Positions 1 through 7,206 of a DNA stretch of 35,278 bases are shown piece by piece; the stretch's first letter is position 1, and every line of letters begins with the position of its first letter. The DNA is taken from IMG/VR virus record IMGVR_UViG_3300027848_000003; one strand, written 5' to 3'. The stretch is from a virus. The notes beneath the pieces are model-generated. The model worked only from the letters and a program-made list of their open reading frames with translations. It made no database searches and had not been told where the DNA came from. The position numbers and the translations under genes are program-made.

Positions 1-111
1 GCAGAAGTTGATTTAAACACAGTTAAAGAAACGAACATTGCTCACCCTTTAGTAGAAACTGCTGTTCCAGTTGGAGCGGTATTTACAGATACAGATACAG
101 TATATGATGAT
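1..111 (+). repeat. Last (variant) copy of the 123-nt tail-fiber tandem repeat unit; 1..82 duplicates the window end
   Basis: Bases 1..111 are identical to the first 111 nt of the unit at 35074..35196. The sequence then diverges (ttcagatgta versus tactgcaata). Confidence 0.95.
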
Positions 112-1383
112 TCAGATGTATTACTGAATACAGCAGATAGGCATTCACATTTAAATAAAGTAACACTTGATAAATTTGGAGAATCAGTTGGCGGACTTCC
201 AACGTTCAATGGTTTAGACGTAGATACAACAATAGCACAGCGTGATGTCTATGATGGTTTAGATAGTTTAGATAACACAATATCATTATCAGCAAACAAC
301 GGTAAGGTACTTAAAGATGTTCAGGATACGCAACAAACAGCAATTAATTTAAAATCAAACAACGTTGCTGATATTGCAAGCACAACTAAATTTCCTGTAT
401 GGAAAGTAATTACAGATTGGGCAGTAGGTTTGTTTGCTACTATTGCTAATTTGGCTTTAAAAGCAAATATAGCCTCACCAACTTTTACAGGAGTGGTAAC
501 TTTGCCAACAGGAACGCAAGGTAAAGTAGTAAAGTACACAAGTGCGGGTGTATTGGGAGATAGTGCTATTCAAGAAAGTGCTGACGGTAAGGTAGGGATT
601 GGGGCAATACCCACTCACGTTTTAGATGTAGGAGGAGGTGTTAATTCTCAAGTATTATATACAACTGGCTATCAAAATCAAATGCAAGCAGCAAATGGAG
701 CTAAGAAATTTGTATTTGTCCCGGGTAATGGGACGCAAGATGCACATTTAGAACTTTATAACAGCGAAACAGTTCTAAAAATAGTACTAAATGCTGGAGT
801 AGGAGATACTTACTTTAATGGAGGCAACTTCGGTATTGGAATTATCCCTACACAAAAACTTGACGTAGTAGGCAACATTAAACTTTCAGGAATACACATT
901 TTAGGTCAATACACAACCGCCACAGAACCTGCATACGTAAAAGGAGCGCAGTATTTCAATACGACTTTGAATAAAATTATGTTTGGAGGTGAAACTGAAT
1001 GGGAAGTTTCTGCAATACAAGCAGAAGTTGATTTAAAATTGGCAAAGGCAAGCAATTTATCGGATTTAGCCTCAACTGCAACAGCAAGAGATAATTTAGC
1101 AGTAGTTCCAACAACAGCAACGGGAACTGTACTGCAGCTAAATAATATTTATGGAATTTATAAAACAACATCAGAGTGGAACGCAACTTATACCATTGGA
1201 ACAAAAGTAGCAACCGCTTGGCATTATAGATTAATTGATACAACTGGGCAGACCGTTTTGCCCACAATAACAGGAGCGACCTTATTGCCTGGAAGTGATT
1301 TCAAAGTAGGCGCATCTTTTGAAATGTGGCTATATACAATGAATGGAACAGATTGTTTTTATTATTTTTTACTAATTTCATAA
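1..1383 (+). CDS. Tail fiber protein, C-terminal part (5' part is 32980..35278, joined through the 82-nt end overlap)
   Basis: Frame 1 is open from base 1 (AEVDLNTVKETNIAHPLVETAVPVGAVFTDTDTVYDD...). The track ORF 430..1383 is therefore only the Met-initiated tail of a longer ORF. Bases 1..82 equal 35197..35278 in the same codon phase. It contains KANIASPTFTGVVTLPTG, the S-P-x-F-T-G motif typical of phage tail-fibre repeats. Confidence 0.8.
   Translation, partial: AEVDLNTVKETNIAHPLVETAVPVGAVFTDTDTVYDDSDVLLNTADRHSHLNKVTLDKFGESVGGLPTFNGLDVDTTIAQRDVYDGLDSLDNTISLSANNGKVLKDVQDTQQTAINLKSNNVADIASTTKFPVWKVITDWAVGLFATIANLALKANIASPTFTGVVTLPTGTQGKVVKYTSAGVLGDSAIQESADGKVGIGAIPTHVLDVGGGVNSQVLYTTGYQNQMQAANGAKKFVFVPGNGTQDAHLELYNSETVLKIVLNAGVGDTYFNGGNFGIGIIPTQKLDVVGNIKLSGIHILGQYTTATEPAYVKGAQYFNTTLNKIMFGGETEWEVSAIQAEVDLKLAKASNLSDLASTATARDNLAVVPTTATGTVLQLNNIYGIYKTTSEWNATYTIGTKVATAWHYRLIDTTGQTVLPTITGATLLPGSDFKVGASFEMWLYTMNGTDCFYYFLLIS
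1010..1037 (+). repeat. Dispersed 28-nt copy of the tail-fiber repeat junction (ctgcaatacaagcagaagttgatttaaa)
   Basis: Exact 28-nt match to 35063..35090. It encodes the same IQAEVDL peptide in frame. Confidence 0.9.
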
Positions 1384-1386
1384 AAA

Positions 1387-1731
1387 ATGAGACCAATAGA
1401 TTTAGCAAATAATAGAAGAAGAATAATTTCACAAGCACCTGATACAGAAGCCCCTACAGTACCTAGTTCATTAGTATTAAATAATCCAACATCTTCTACC
1501 TTAGATTGGTCTTTTGCAGGAAGTATAGACAATACAGCTGTCGTGGACTATGTGTTAGAACTAAGAGATGAAGGATCAATCTTAATAAGAACATATACTG
1601 TGACATCAATTTCAGGAACATTTACTGGATTAAATACTGGTAAGGTTTATAAATTTAAAGCAAAAGCTAGAGATGATGCTGGAAATGAAAGTGCTTATAG
1701 TGCTTTTACTGCTTTAGTAAGTACACTATAA
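1387..1731 (+). CDS. Fibronectin type III domain protein (tail or virion accessory)
   Basis: PDTEAPTVPSSLVLNNPTSSTLDWSFAGSIDNTAVVDYVLELR...YKFKAKARDDAGNESAYS is a typical FN3 pattern (P-x-P, W, Y-x-x-x-R, Y-x-F-x-V/A-x-A-x-D-x-A-G-N-x-S). It lies directly after the tail fiber gene. Confidence 0.7.
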   Translation: MRPIDLANNRRRIISQAPDTEAPTVPSSLVLNNPTSSTLDWSFAGSIDNTAVVDYVLELRDEGSILIRTYTVTSISGTFTGLNTGKVYKFKAKARDDAGNESAYSAFTALVSTL

Positions 1732-1745
1732 TATAATTTAAAATT

Positions 1746-1817
1746 ATGAAAAACATAGAAATAAAAATTACAGGAGCAGCCGTATTAATAATCGGTAGCA
1801 CGTTTATAGCTTCGTAA
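1746..1817 (+). pseudogene. Truncated duplicate of the 5' end of the holin-like gene at 2916..3113 (23 codons, MKNIEIKITGAAVLIIGSTFIAS)
   Basis: Bases 1742..1801 match 2912..2971 with only 3 mismatches in 60 nt. The copy terminates after 23 codons. Confidence 0.7.
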
Positions 1818-1876
1818 TATATACGTAAATATGGTAAGCATAATACAAAGAGGTACTAACCTTATAAAAATTAACA

Positions 1877-2731
1877 GTGATGTCGCATAGTCTAAAAAAA
1901 TATATGTTTAGTAGGCAGACTGCTGTTGTAGAATACCCTGCCTTTATAAGCACTTGGGATACGACAAAATCAGGGGTTTCAACTTCTTCTCAAATAGCAT
2001 TACCATTAATTAGTTTGGGCACTTATGATTTTAAAGTATATTATTTAGGCTCTGTAATTAAAACTATTACAGCCTATACAGACAATGTCATCACATTTCC
2101 TGACGGTAGTGGGATTAAAGAAATTAATTGTGTTGGCACTTTTACAGGATTTAAATTTAACAATGATGGGGATAAATTAAAGATTAAAAGTGTTACGCAA
2201 TTTGGAACAGATTTTAGATTAATTGATGGAATTGGCACTTTTTATGGCTGCTCAAATTTAACATCAATAGGAACGGACTTAGATGTTTCAGGGATTACTA
2301 ATATGACGAGTATGTTTAGAAATGATTCTGTTTTTAACAGCGATTTGAGCAATTGGGAGGTTTTAAGTGTTACTCATATGTCATTTATGTTTTATAACGC
2401 AACAGCTTTTAACAGCGATATAAGTAATTGGGATGTTGCAGCCGTTTTTACTATGTATTATATGTTTTATAACGCAAAAGCTTTCAACATCGATATAAGT
2501 TTATGGGATTTTGCAGCGGTTTTAAGCTTATCAAACTTTATGCGTGCGAAAACTTCTGCCAACTATAGTTCTGCCAACTATGATGCTCTATTAACAAGAT
2601 GGAGAAATAATGCGCAAGACAATCTAAGCGTAGAGATGGGTACAATTAAATACAGTTCAGCAGCAACAGCAGACCGAACTTATTTAACAGGAACAAAAGG
2701 TTGGACTATAACTGACGGAGGACTAATATAA
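1877..2731 (+). CDS. BspA-type / DUF285 (26-residue leucine-rich repeat) surface-protein-like protein
   Basis: Repeats such as NMTSMFRNDSVFNSDLSNWEV, HMSFMFYNATAFNSDISNWDV and TMYYMFYNAKAFNIDISLWDF match the F-x-x-A-x-x-F-N-x-D-I-S-x-W-D-V signature of DUF285/BspA repeats. There is a GTG at 1877 and an ATG at 1880. Confidence 0.8.
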   Translation: MMSHSLKKYMFSRQTAVVEYPAFISTWDTTKSGVSTSSQIALPLISLGTYDFKVYYLGSVIKTITAYTDNVITFPDGSGIKEINCVGTFTGFKFNNDGDKLKIKSVTQFGTDFRLIDGIGTFYGCSNLTSIGTDLDVSGITNMTSMFRNDSVFNSDLSNWEVLSVTHMSFMFYNATAFNSDISNWDVAAVFTMYYMFYNAKAFNIDISLWDFAAVLSLSNFMRAKTSANYSSANYDALLTRWRNNAQDNLSVEMGTIKYSSAATADRTYLTGTKGWTITDGGLI

Positions 2732-2919
2732 TGGCAATGATATACTACATAAATCACAAAGGATATTCAGACACAGCTCCTCATTATGGAGGGTATGATG
2801 CTAATACGCAGGTCATGGATACAGGAAAGAGGTGGACAAAGACTTTCCAAACAACTGATTTACAAGAAGCAAAAGACTTTTTATTAGAGCATTTTAATAT
2901 AATATGGGAAGAATTATGA
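2731..2919 (+). CDS. Hypothetical protein (62 aa)
   Basis: The ORF is tightly coupled to both neighbours (TAATG overlap with the upstream stop). No recognisable motif. Confidence 0.5.
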   Translation: MAMIYYINHKGYSDTAPHYGGYDANTQVMDTGKRWTKTFQTTDLQEAKDFLLEHFNIIWEEL

Positions 2920-3113
2920 AAAACATAGAAATAAAAATTGCAGGAGCAGCCGTTTTAATAATCGGTGGCACACTTTTAATAATGAAGGAAGAAGGACTGG
3001 CTTTGACTTCGGCAGTATTCATTTGGGGGGCTTATGAAAAGTATATGAGCTATCAAAAGGGCAAAATGATTAAGAAAAAAACTGGCTTTACTTTTAAAGA
3101 ACTGAATAAATGA
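2916..3113 (+). CDS. Small two-TM membrane protein, holin candidate
   Basis: MKNIEIKIAGAAVLIIGGTLLIM..LALTSAVFIWGAY has two hydrophobic segments followed by a Lys-rich C-terminus. It lies two genes upstream of the endolysin. I chose the ATG at 2916 because the duplicated copy at 1746 starts at the equivalent ATG; the track start is 2904. Confidence 0.55.
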   Translation: MKNIEIKIAGAAVLIIGGTLLIMKEEGLALTSAVFIWGAYEKYMSYQKGKMIKKKTGFTFKELNK

Positions 3114-3487
3114 ATTTTTTAATAGACAATTGGCAAACTATTGCAGCAACTTTAGGAACGATAATAACTGGTTTTGTGGGATTTTTAAGCGGGAGGAAAT
3201 CAAAAAAAATAAGTGAACAGGATCAACAAGCAAGTGCTTTGCAAAACATGCAGCTCGCCTATGATAAGTTTACCGAACAAACCAACAAGCAAATCGACAG
3301 AGTGATAAGCGAGCTTGATGATGTGAAAGGGGAGAATAAGGAGCAAAGGAAGGCGGTGATGGCACTTCAAAAAGACAATAGTAAACTTCATTTGGAAGTG
3401 TCTAAGCTAATGACTGAAAATAAGAAACTAAAGCAAATGATAGCTGAATTAAAGTATGAAAATGAAGTTTTACGCAAAATAAACTAA
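3110..3487 (+). CDS. N-terminal TM anchor plus coiled-coil protein (i-spanin-like or holin-associated)
   Basis: IAATLGTIITGFVGFLSG is a TM segment followed by RKSKK. The remainder is heptad-like (LQKDNSKLHLEVSKLMTENKKLKQMIAELKYENEVLRK). It overlaps the neighbouring genes in the lysis cassette. Confidence 0.45.
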   Translation: MNFLIDNWQTIAATLGTIITGFVGFLSGRKSKKISEQDQQASALQNMQLAYDKFTEQTNKQIDRVISELDDVKGENKEQRKAVMALQKDNSKLHLEVSKLMTENKKLKQMIAELKYENEVLRKIN

Positions 3488-4087
3488 ATGAACTTTCCAA
3501 CAAATTGGTTTCGATGGATTTTTGATTTGAAGCCTGTAAAAATAGAAACGATGAAAGAATTATTTTTTGAAAATTACAGAAAATATATTGATGTAGATAA
3601 AAGATTGACGCAATCCGAAGTAAAAGCAATAGAGGCATTTTTAAATTTATACGAAAGCGCAAAAAAAGATTTTACAACTCCGCAATGGACATACATTTTT
3701 GCAACCGTTTTTCACGAAACAGCAGGAACATTCTTACCGATTAAAGAGGCTTATTGGTTAAGTGAAAATTGGAGAAAAAATAATTTAAGATACTTTCCTT
3801 TTTACGGGCGTGGTTATGTGCAAATCACTTGGGAAGCTAACTATTCAAAATTCAGCAAGTTATTAGGTATTGATTTTGTTAAATACCCCGACAGGGTAAT
3901 GGAAGTAAAAAGCTCATTCTTTATTCTTACTTATGGCTTTAAGCACGGAAGTTTCACAGGGAAAAAGATTAGCGACTATATAAATGATACGTTAAAAGAT
4001 TATGAAGGTGCAAGAAGATGTATTAATGGAAATGACAAACGGGAGCTAATTGCAAATTATGCACGTACTTTTGAGTTAATTTTATGA
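3488..4087 (+). CDS. Endolysin, glycoside hydrolase family 19 (chitinase-like lysozyme)
   Basis: FATVFHETAG...FPFYGRGYVQITWEANYSKF matches the GH19 catalytic signature (H-E-T; Y-G-R-G-x-x-Q-[IL]-[ST]-x-x-x-N-Y). Confidence 0.8.
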   Translation: MNFPTNWFRWIFDLKPVKIETMKELFFENYRKYIDVDKRLTQSEVKAIEAFLNLYESAKKDFTTPQWTYIFATVFHETAGTFLPIKEAYWLSENWRKNNLRYFPFYGRGYVQITWEANYSKFSKLLGIDFVKYPDRVMEVKSSFFILTYGFKHGSFTGKKISDYINDTLKDYEGARRCINGNDKRELIANYARTFELIL

Positions 4088-4152
4088 AAATAATAAAAAG
4101 GATAGCAGCGTGTTTAATATTGCTTTTGGTTATTTGGTTTTTCTTGCATTAA
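4084..4152 (+). CDS. Possible 22-aa hydrophobic peptide (MKIIKRIAACLILLLVIWFFLH)
   Basis: ATGA overlap with the endolysin stop and a strongly hydrophobic sequence. It is too short for any independent support. Confidence 0.25.
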   Translation: MKIIKRIAACLILLLVIWFFLH

Positions 4153-4236
4153 AAAGCCCCTAACAAGATGTTAAAGGCTTTATTTGGAGCAACCAACTCC
4201 ATATTATGAAAAAAAATTACCTTCAAATATACAATT

Positions 4237-4911
4237 ATGAAACGTTATATCCCTTATTTTGCAGCAATTATTTTCTTAGTTCTTTTTTTAAACCAATGTT
4301 CAAAGACAAATCAAGAAAGAAACAAAGCCGATAATAAGATAGATTTTCTTACAGATAGTATAGTTTACTACAAGAACGCACAAGGAGCAGAAATAGCATC
4401 TAAAATAGCTTTACAAGGTGATAAGAAATCACTTCAAATATTACTCAACAATACTAATGATGAAAATGGACAATTAAAGGGACTTATAAAGAAGTATAAG
4501 AAAGTCATAGCGGCTGGAAATATAAAGCAAGAAATTAAAATAGATACCGTAAAAATAGTGTATAGAGATACTATACCTTTTAAATTTGAGCGCACGTGGT
4601 CAAAGATTGATAAGTTCTATGAAATTAAAGGCTCTTCGAATCAAAATGGTATTTCCTTCGATGAAATTAGAATCCCCAACACTTTGAGTTTCGCTATTGG
4701 AGATAAAAAAACAGGCTTTTTTAAAACAGAATACAGGATTGAAGCGGTTAATTCTAATGTTCACGTTAAGACTACTGGCCTGGATGCTTATACATTGTCT
4801 ATTCCTAAAAAAAGATTTGGGCTTTCCTTTTTTGCAGGCTACGGGCTTTCAGAAAACGGACTATCTCCAATTATAGGAGCTGGCTTTTCCTACTCCTTTT
4901 ATCAATTTTAG
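4237..4911 (+). CDS. Predicted lipoprotein with beta-strand-rich, aromatic C-terminus (spanin or outer-membrane candidate)
   Basis: N-terminus MKRYIPYFAAIIFLVLFLNQCSK has a signal peptide ending in Cys. The C-terminus is GLSFFAGYGLSENGLSPIIGAGFSYSFYQF, with a terminal Phe as in outer-membrane beta-signals. It is the last gene of the lysis cassette. Confidence 0.5.
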   Translation: MKRYIPYFAAIIFLVLFLNQCSKTNQERNKADNKIDFLTDSIVYYKNAQGAEIASKIALQGDKKSLQILLNNTNDENGQLKGLIKKYKKVIAAGNIKQEIKIDTVKIVYRDTIPFKFERTWSKIDKFYEIKGSSNQNGISFDEIRIPNTLSFAIGDKKTGFFKTEYRIEAVNSNVHVKTTGLDAYTLSIPKKRFGLSFFAGYGLSENGLSPIIGAGFSYSFYQF

Positions 4912-5034
4912 TTAATTCTTCTTCCATATTGAAAGCTCCATTTTCGACTGCTCTTTTGAAACGCTCTATTTTTGTTTGCTTTTCCATAGGTTTAATTTTG
5001 TAAGTTGTGATAATAGTAGTTATGTGCAAGGCTA

Positions 5035-5271
5035 TCAATCGTCATCACCGACAACTTCATCTAACATCCCTACATAAAAATCGCCACAGTCTTTTTTAAA
5101 GAGTATTTTATTTTTTAAAGATTTCTCAATATCACATTGACACAAACAACTATCCATTTCAATTTCATTATAGTAGGTTTCTTTCTCTGCCATAAATCCA
5201 AAATGCTCTAAAAACTGTCTTGGCGTTTCTATTTCTTTTTCGCCTTTGTTTATTACTATTATATTACACAT
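5035..5271 (-). CDS. Hypothetical protein (78 aa, acidic C-terminus)
   Basis: ORF in the leftward block with no competing ORF. No recognisable motif. Confidence 0.5.
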   Translation of the reverse strand: MCNIIVINKGEKEIETPRQFLEHFGFMAEKETYYNEIEMDSCLCQCDIEKSLKNKILFKKDCGDFYVGMLDEVVGDDD

Positions 5272-5439
5272 AGTTTTAAAATTTAATTTTAGTTTTAAAC
5301 CCGCCCATCACATAACACTGTATATAAAACATTGCCTTTGTGGTCTTTTTTTAAGTTAGTTAATAATTCAAAATTTATTGTTTATCTGTTATGTCTTGGC
5401 TGGCAACGTTTCATATACTTAACGTTGTAAACAATAAAA

Positions 5440-5691
5440 TTACTTTAGTATTTTAACGTCTATTAAGTTTGTAAACATTTCGTTTATGTCTATCAACTTA
5501 TCTACTTCAACTATTTTAGTAGTTTTTGTCTTGATGTCGTCTAGCATAGGGTGTCCTCCATCTGTGAATTTCCAGTAGGTTACTAAAGCAGTAATTTTAC
5601 AGTTTACAACACCGTGTATAGCACATTGCTCATTGCTTTTTTTATTATCTATATTCATAATTTCAAAGTTTTGTACTGAGCATAACATCAA
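5440..5691 (-). CDS. Hypothetical protein (start probably the internal ATG at 5658, MNIDNKK...)
   Basis: ORF in the leftward block. It shares an N-terminal NKK-x-x-EQC-x-I-x-GV motif with the product of 13406..13633. Confidence 0.5.
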   Translation of the reverse strand: MMLCSVQNFEIMNIDNKKSNEQCAIHGVVNCKITALVTYWKFTDGGHPMLDDIKTKTTKIVEVDKLIDINEMFTNLIDVKILK

Positions 5692-6260
5692 ATACAGTTA
5701 TCAATTATATTTATTTTAACACCAAACTTTCCACTAGGTTTAATTCTGTTTTGAAAATCATTATATTTTTCATTCCATAAAGATAGATCCCGCCTTTCGG
5801 TCAGTTCTAAATCAAGAAATACTTTTACTTTTTTAAAAACCTTATAGCTTATTTGAAAATTTGCACCCCAACTTTGGAATCCTTCATAATGGTCTATAAC
5901 TCCATATCCAATACTGGCAGTCGTTTCAATATTTTCTAATTCTCTTTTTTGAAAGACACGTCCAAGATTAAAGGTGTAGCCAACGTTCGCGGAGTATCTT
6001 TTGTACGTTTCTTGAAGGTCTGCTATCTCTATTTCAGGAGCGATAAAAATATAACCTAAAGCTCCCTGCTTTGCCTGCCATTCGCTACGGATTGCAATAT
6101 CTAAAGTTCCTGCGCTGTTCCCGTGATTATCTCCTACAAGTAAAAGTTTAGCATCCTGTGAGATATTTATAGTTACTTTATTTTGAGAAAAGAGCGTAAA
6201 AACATTAAGCAGTAAAATGATTACTACTGCTATTTTAAAAAGTGTTATTTTAGTTTTCAT
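5688..6260 (-). CDS. Secreted protein with alternating beta-strand pattern (outer-membrane beta-barrel-like)
   Basis: Signal peptide MKTKITLFKIAVVIILLLNVFTLFSQ. The rest shows alternating hydrophobic/polar stretches with aromatic girdle residues (GYIFIAPEIE, YSANVGYTFNL, ASIGYGVIDHY, GANFQISYKVF, KFGVKINI). Confidence 0.5.
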   Translation of the reverse strand: MKTKITLFKIAVVIILLLNVFTLFSQNKVTINISQDAKLLLVGDNHGNSAGTLDIAIRSEWQAKQGALGYIFIAPEIEIADLQETYKRYSANVGYTFNLGRVFQKRELENIETTASIGYGVIDHYEGFQSWGANFQISYKVFKKVKVFLDLELTERRDLSLWNEKYNDFQNRIKPSGKFGVKINIIDNCI

Positions 6261-6472
6261 AATTTGTTTATTTCTTCTTTTACATTGTTTAAATATTCAT
6301 CATTATAAGAATCATCATCATTGTCCATTTCTGCAAATATTTCTATTGCAATATTTCTCATTTCATTTACACAAATCAAAGCACATTGTTTTGCTCCGTG
6401 AATACCAATATCGGTATAATCAGCATCCATATACTTATCTGTTAATTCCTTTGCTTTTTCTTTTGGGATCAT
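6257..6472 (-). CDS. Hypothetical protein (71 aa)
   Basis: Start and stop are coupled to neighbouring minus-strand ORFs. Confidence 0.5.
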   Translation of the reverse strand: MIPKEKAKELTDKYMDADYTDIGIHGAKQCALICVNEMRNIAIEIFAEMDNDDDSYNDEYLNNVKEEINKL

Positions 6473-6475
6473 AAT

Positions 6476-6670
6476 TTATAATTTAGTAATAAAAAATCGG
6501 GGCTTTTCGAGCTGGATTCGCTGCTGATCCAATAGTTCAAATACTTCTATTTGTGCTTTTAGATCCCGTATGTGATTATCAATTTCATTTCGCTCGTCTT
6601 GGTTCATATTCTCCAGGCGTTTACCGTTCACAAGCCATCTTCCGTTTATAAGTTCTATTGATAGTTTCAT
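6476..6670 (-). CDS. Hypothetical protein (64 aa)
   Basis: Its start overlaps the stop of the upstream ORF (6667..6867) in the minus-strand operon. Confidence 0.5.
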   Translation of the reverse strand: MKLSIELINGRWLVNGKRLENMNQDERNEIDNHIRDLKAQIEVFELLDQQRIQLEKPRFFITKL

Positions 6671-6867
6671 GATCTATTAAATATTTCAGCTTCACTTAAT
6701 CCAGTAAGCTCTGTTATTAATTCAATCCGTTCAATAGTCGTAAGCTTGTCATTTTCGCTCTTAATCCACCTTCTAATGGTCGAATACGATTTGCCTAACC
6801 TAAGTGATAGTTTTAATTTAATATCCTCGTTAAGGGCTTGTTTTGCTTTTTCAGTTAATTTTATCAT
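6667..6867 (-). CDS. Small helix-turn-helix DNA-binding protein (early regulator candidate)
   Basis: LGKSYSTIRRWIKSEN is a typical HTH recognition-helix context. It is the second gene of the leftward operon from the divergent promoter region. Confidence 0.5.
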   Translation of the reverse strand: MIKLTEKAKQALNEDIKLKLSLRLGKSYSTIRRWIKSENDKLTTIERIELITELTGLSEAEIFNRS

Positions 6868-7064
6868 TATATTTTCTCGTTTAGTTCAAAATCTAAGTCT
6901 ATTTGCATTTCTTCCGCTAAATCATTTAATCCCCATATTTTTGCTTTTAATATAAGGTGATTGCAATCTTCTATCCCCTCCAGGGTGTTTATATCTATTC
7001 GGTCAAATGCGTTTCTGAGCCGTGTAGATACAAATTGATTTGATGTATTGGTTTCTGTTTTCAT
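6867..7064 (-). CDS. Hypothetical protein (65 aa), first gene of the leftward operon
   Basis: The ATG at 7064 lies about 23 nt downstream of a minus-strand TATATTTG box. Confidence 0.5.
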   Translation of the reverse strand: MKTETNTSNQFVSTRLRNAFDRIDINTLEGIEDCNHLILKAKIWGLNDLAEEMQIDLDFELNEKI

Positions 7065-7086
7065 AGTTTAAAGTTTAAAGTTTTAA

Positions 7087-7094
7087 CAAATATA
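7087..7094 (-). promoter_or_regulatory. Bacteroidota-type -7 promoter box TATATTTG (TAnnTTTG) for the leftward operon
   Basis: The plus strand reads caaatata, so the minus strand reads TATATTTG. It is in an intergenic position 23 nt upstream of the ATG at 7064 and forms part of a 13-nt inverted repeat. Confidence 0.5.
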
Positions 7095-7161
7095 CACAAA
7101 CTTTTAGATATACCAACTAAAAAAAGATATTAATTTTAGTGTCTAATTGAATTAAATTGTG

Positions 7162-7169
7162 TATATTTG
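7162..7169 (+). promoter_or_regulatory. Bacteroidota-type -7 promoter box TATATTTG for the rightward operon
   Basis: Matches TAnnTTTG. It lies 38 nt upstream of the ATG at 7207 and forms part of the 13-nt inverted repeat with 7086..7098. Confidence 0.5.
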
Positions 7170-7206
7170 TATAAGCAATAAAGCTAAAACCTTAAATAAC
7201 AATATT

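Noticed and set aside
1-82. Terminal identity as prophage att sites or long terminal repeats of a mobile element
   Set aside because: The identical ends lie in-frame inside one ORF and form part of a tandem coding repeat. No integrase, transposase or host flanking genes are present. Circular closure or an assembly overlap explains the identity.
321-1267. Minus-strand ORFs 321..539 and 977..1267 inside the tail fiber gene
   Set aside because: They are antisense shadows of a strongly supported plus-strand ORF. Their translations are low-complexity (Leu/Gln/Lys runs) with no motifs.
4150-4231. A minus-strand TATATTTG box (4224..4231) with a weak aaagcc/ggcttt hairpin, possibly a short antisense RNA between the endolysin and lipoprotein genes
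   Set aside because: The 8-mer is expected several times by chance in AT-rich DNA. The hairpin has a 6-bp stem with a 16-nt loop. Nothing else supports a transcript.
4871-4987. 38-codon minus-strand ORF (MEKQTKIERFKRAVENGAFNMEEEL...) overlapping the 3' end of the lipoprotein gene
   Set aside because: It is short, has no promoter or coupling evidence, and overlaps a better-supported gene. It could be real, but the sequence alone cannot support it.
6217-6955. Plus-strand ORFs 6217..6474 and 6746..6955
   Set aside because: They are shadows of the tightly coupled minus-strand early genes. Their sequences are His- or Leu-rich and low-complexity, with no promoter context.
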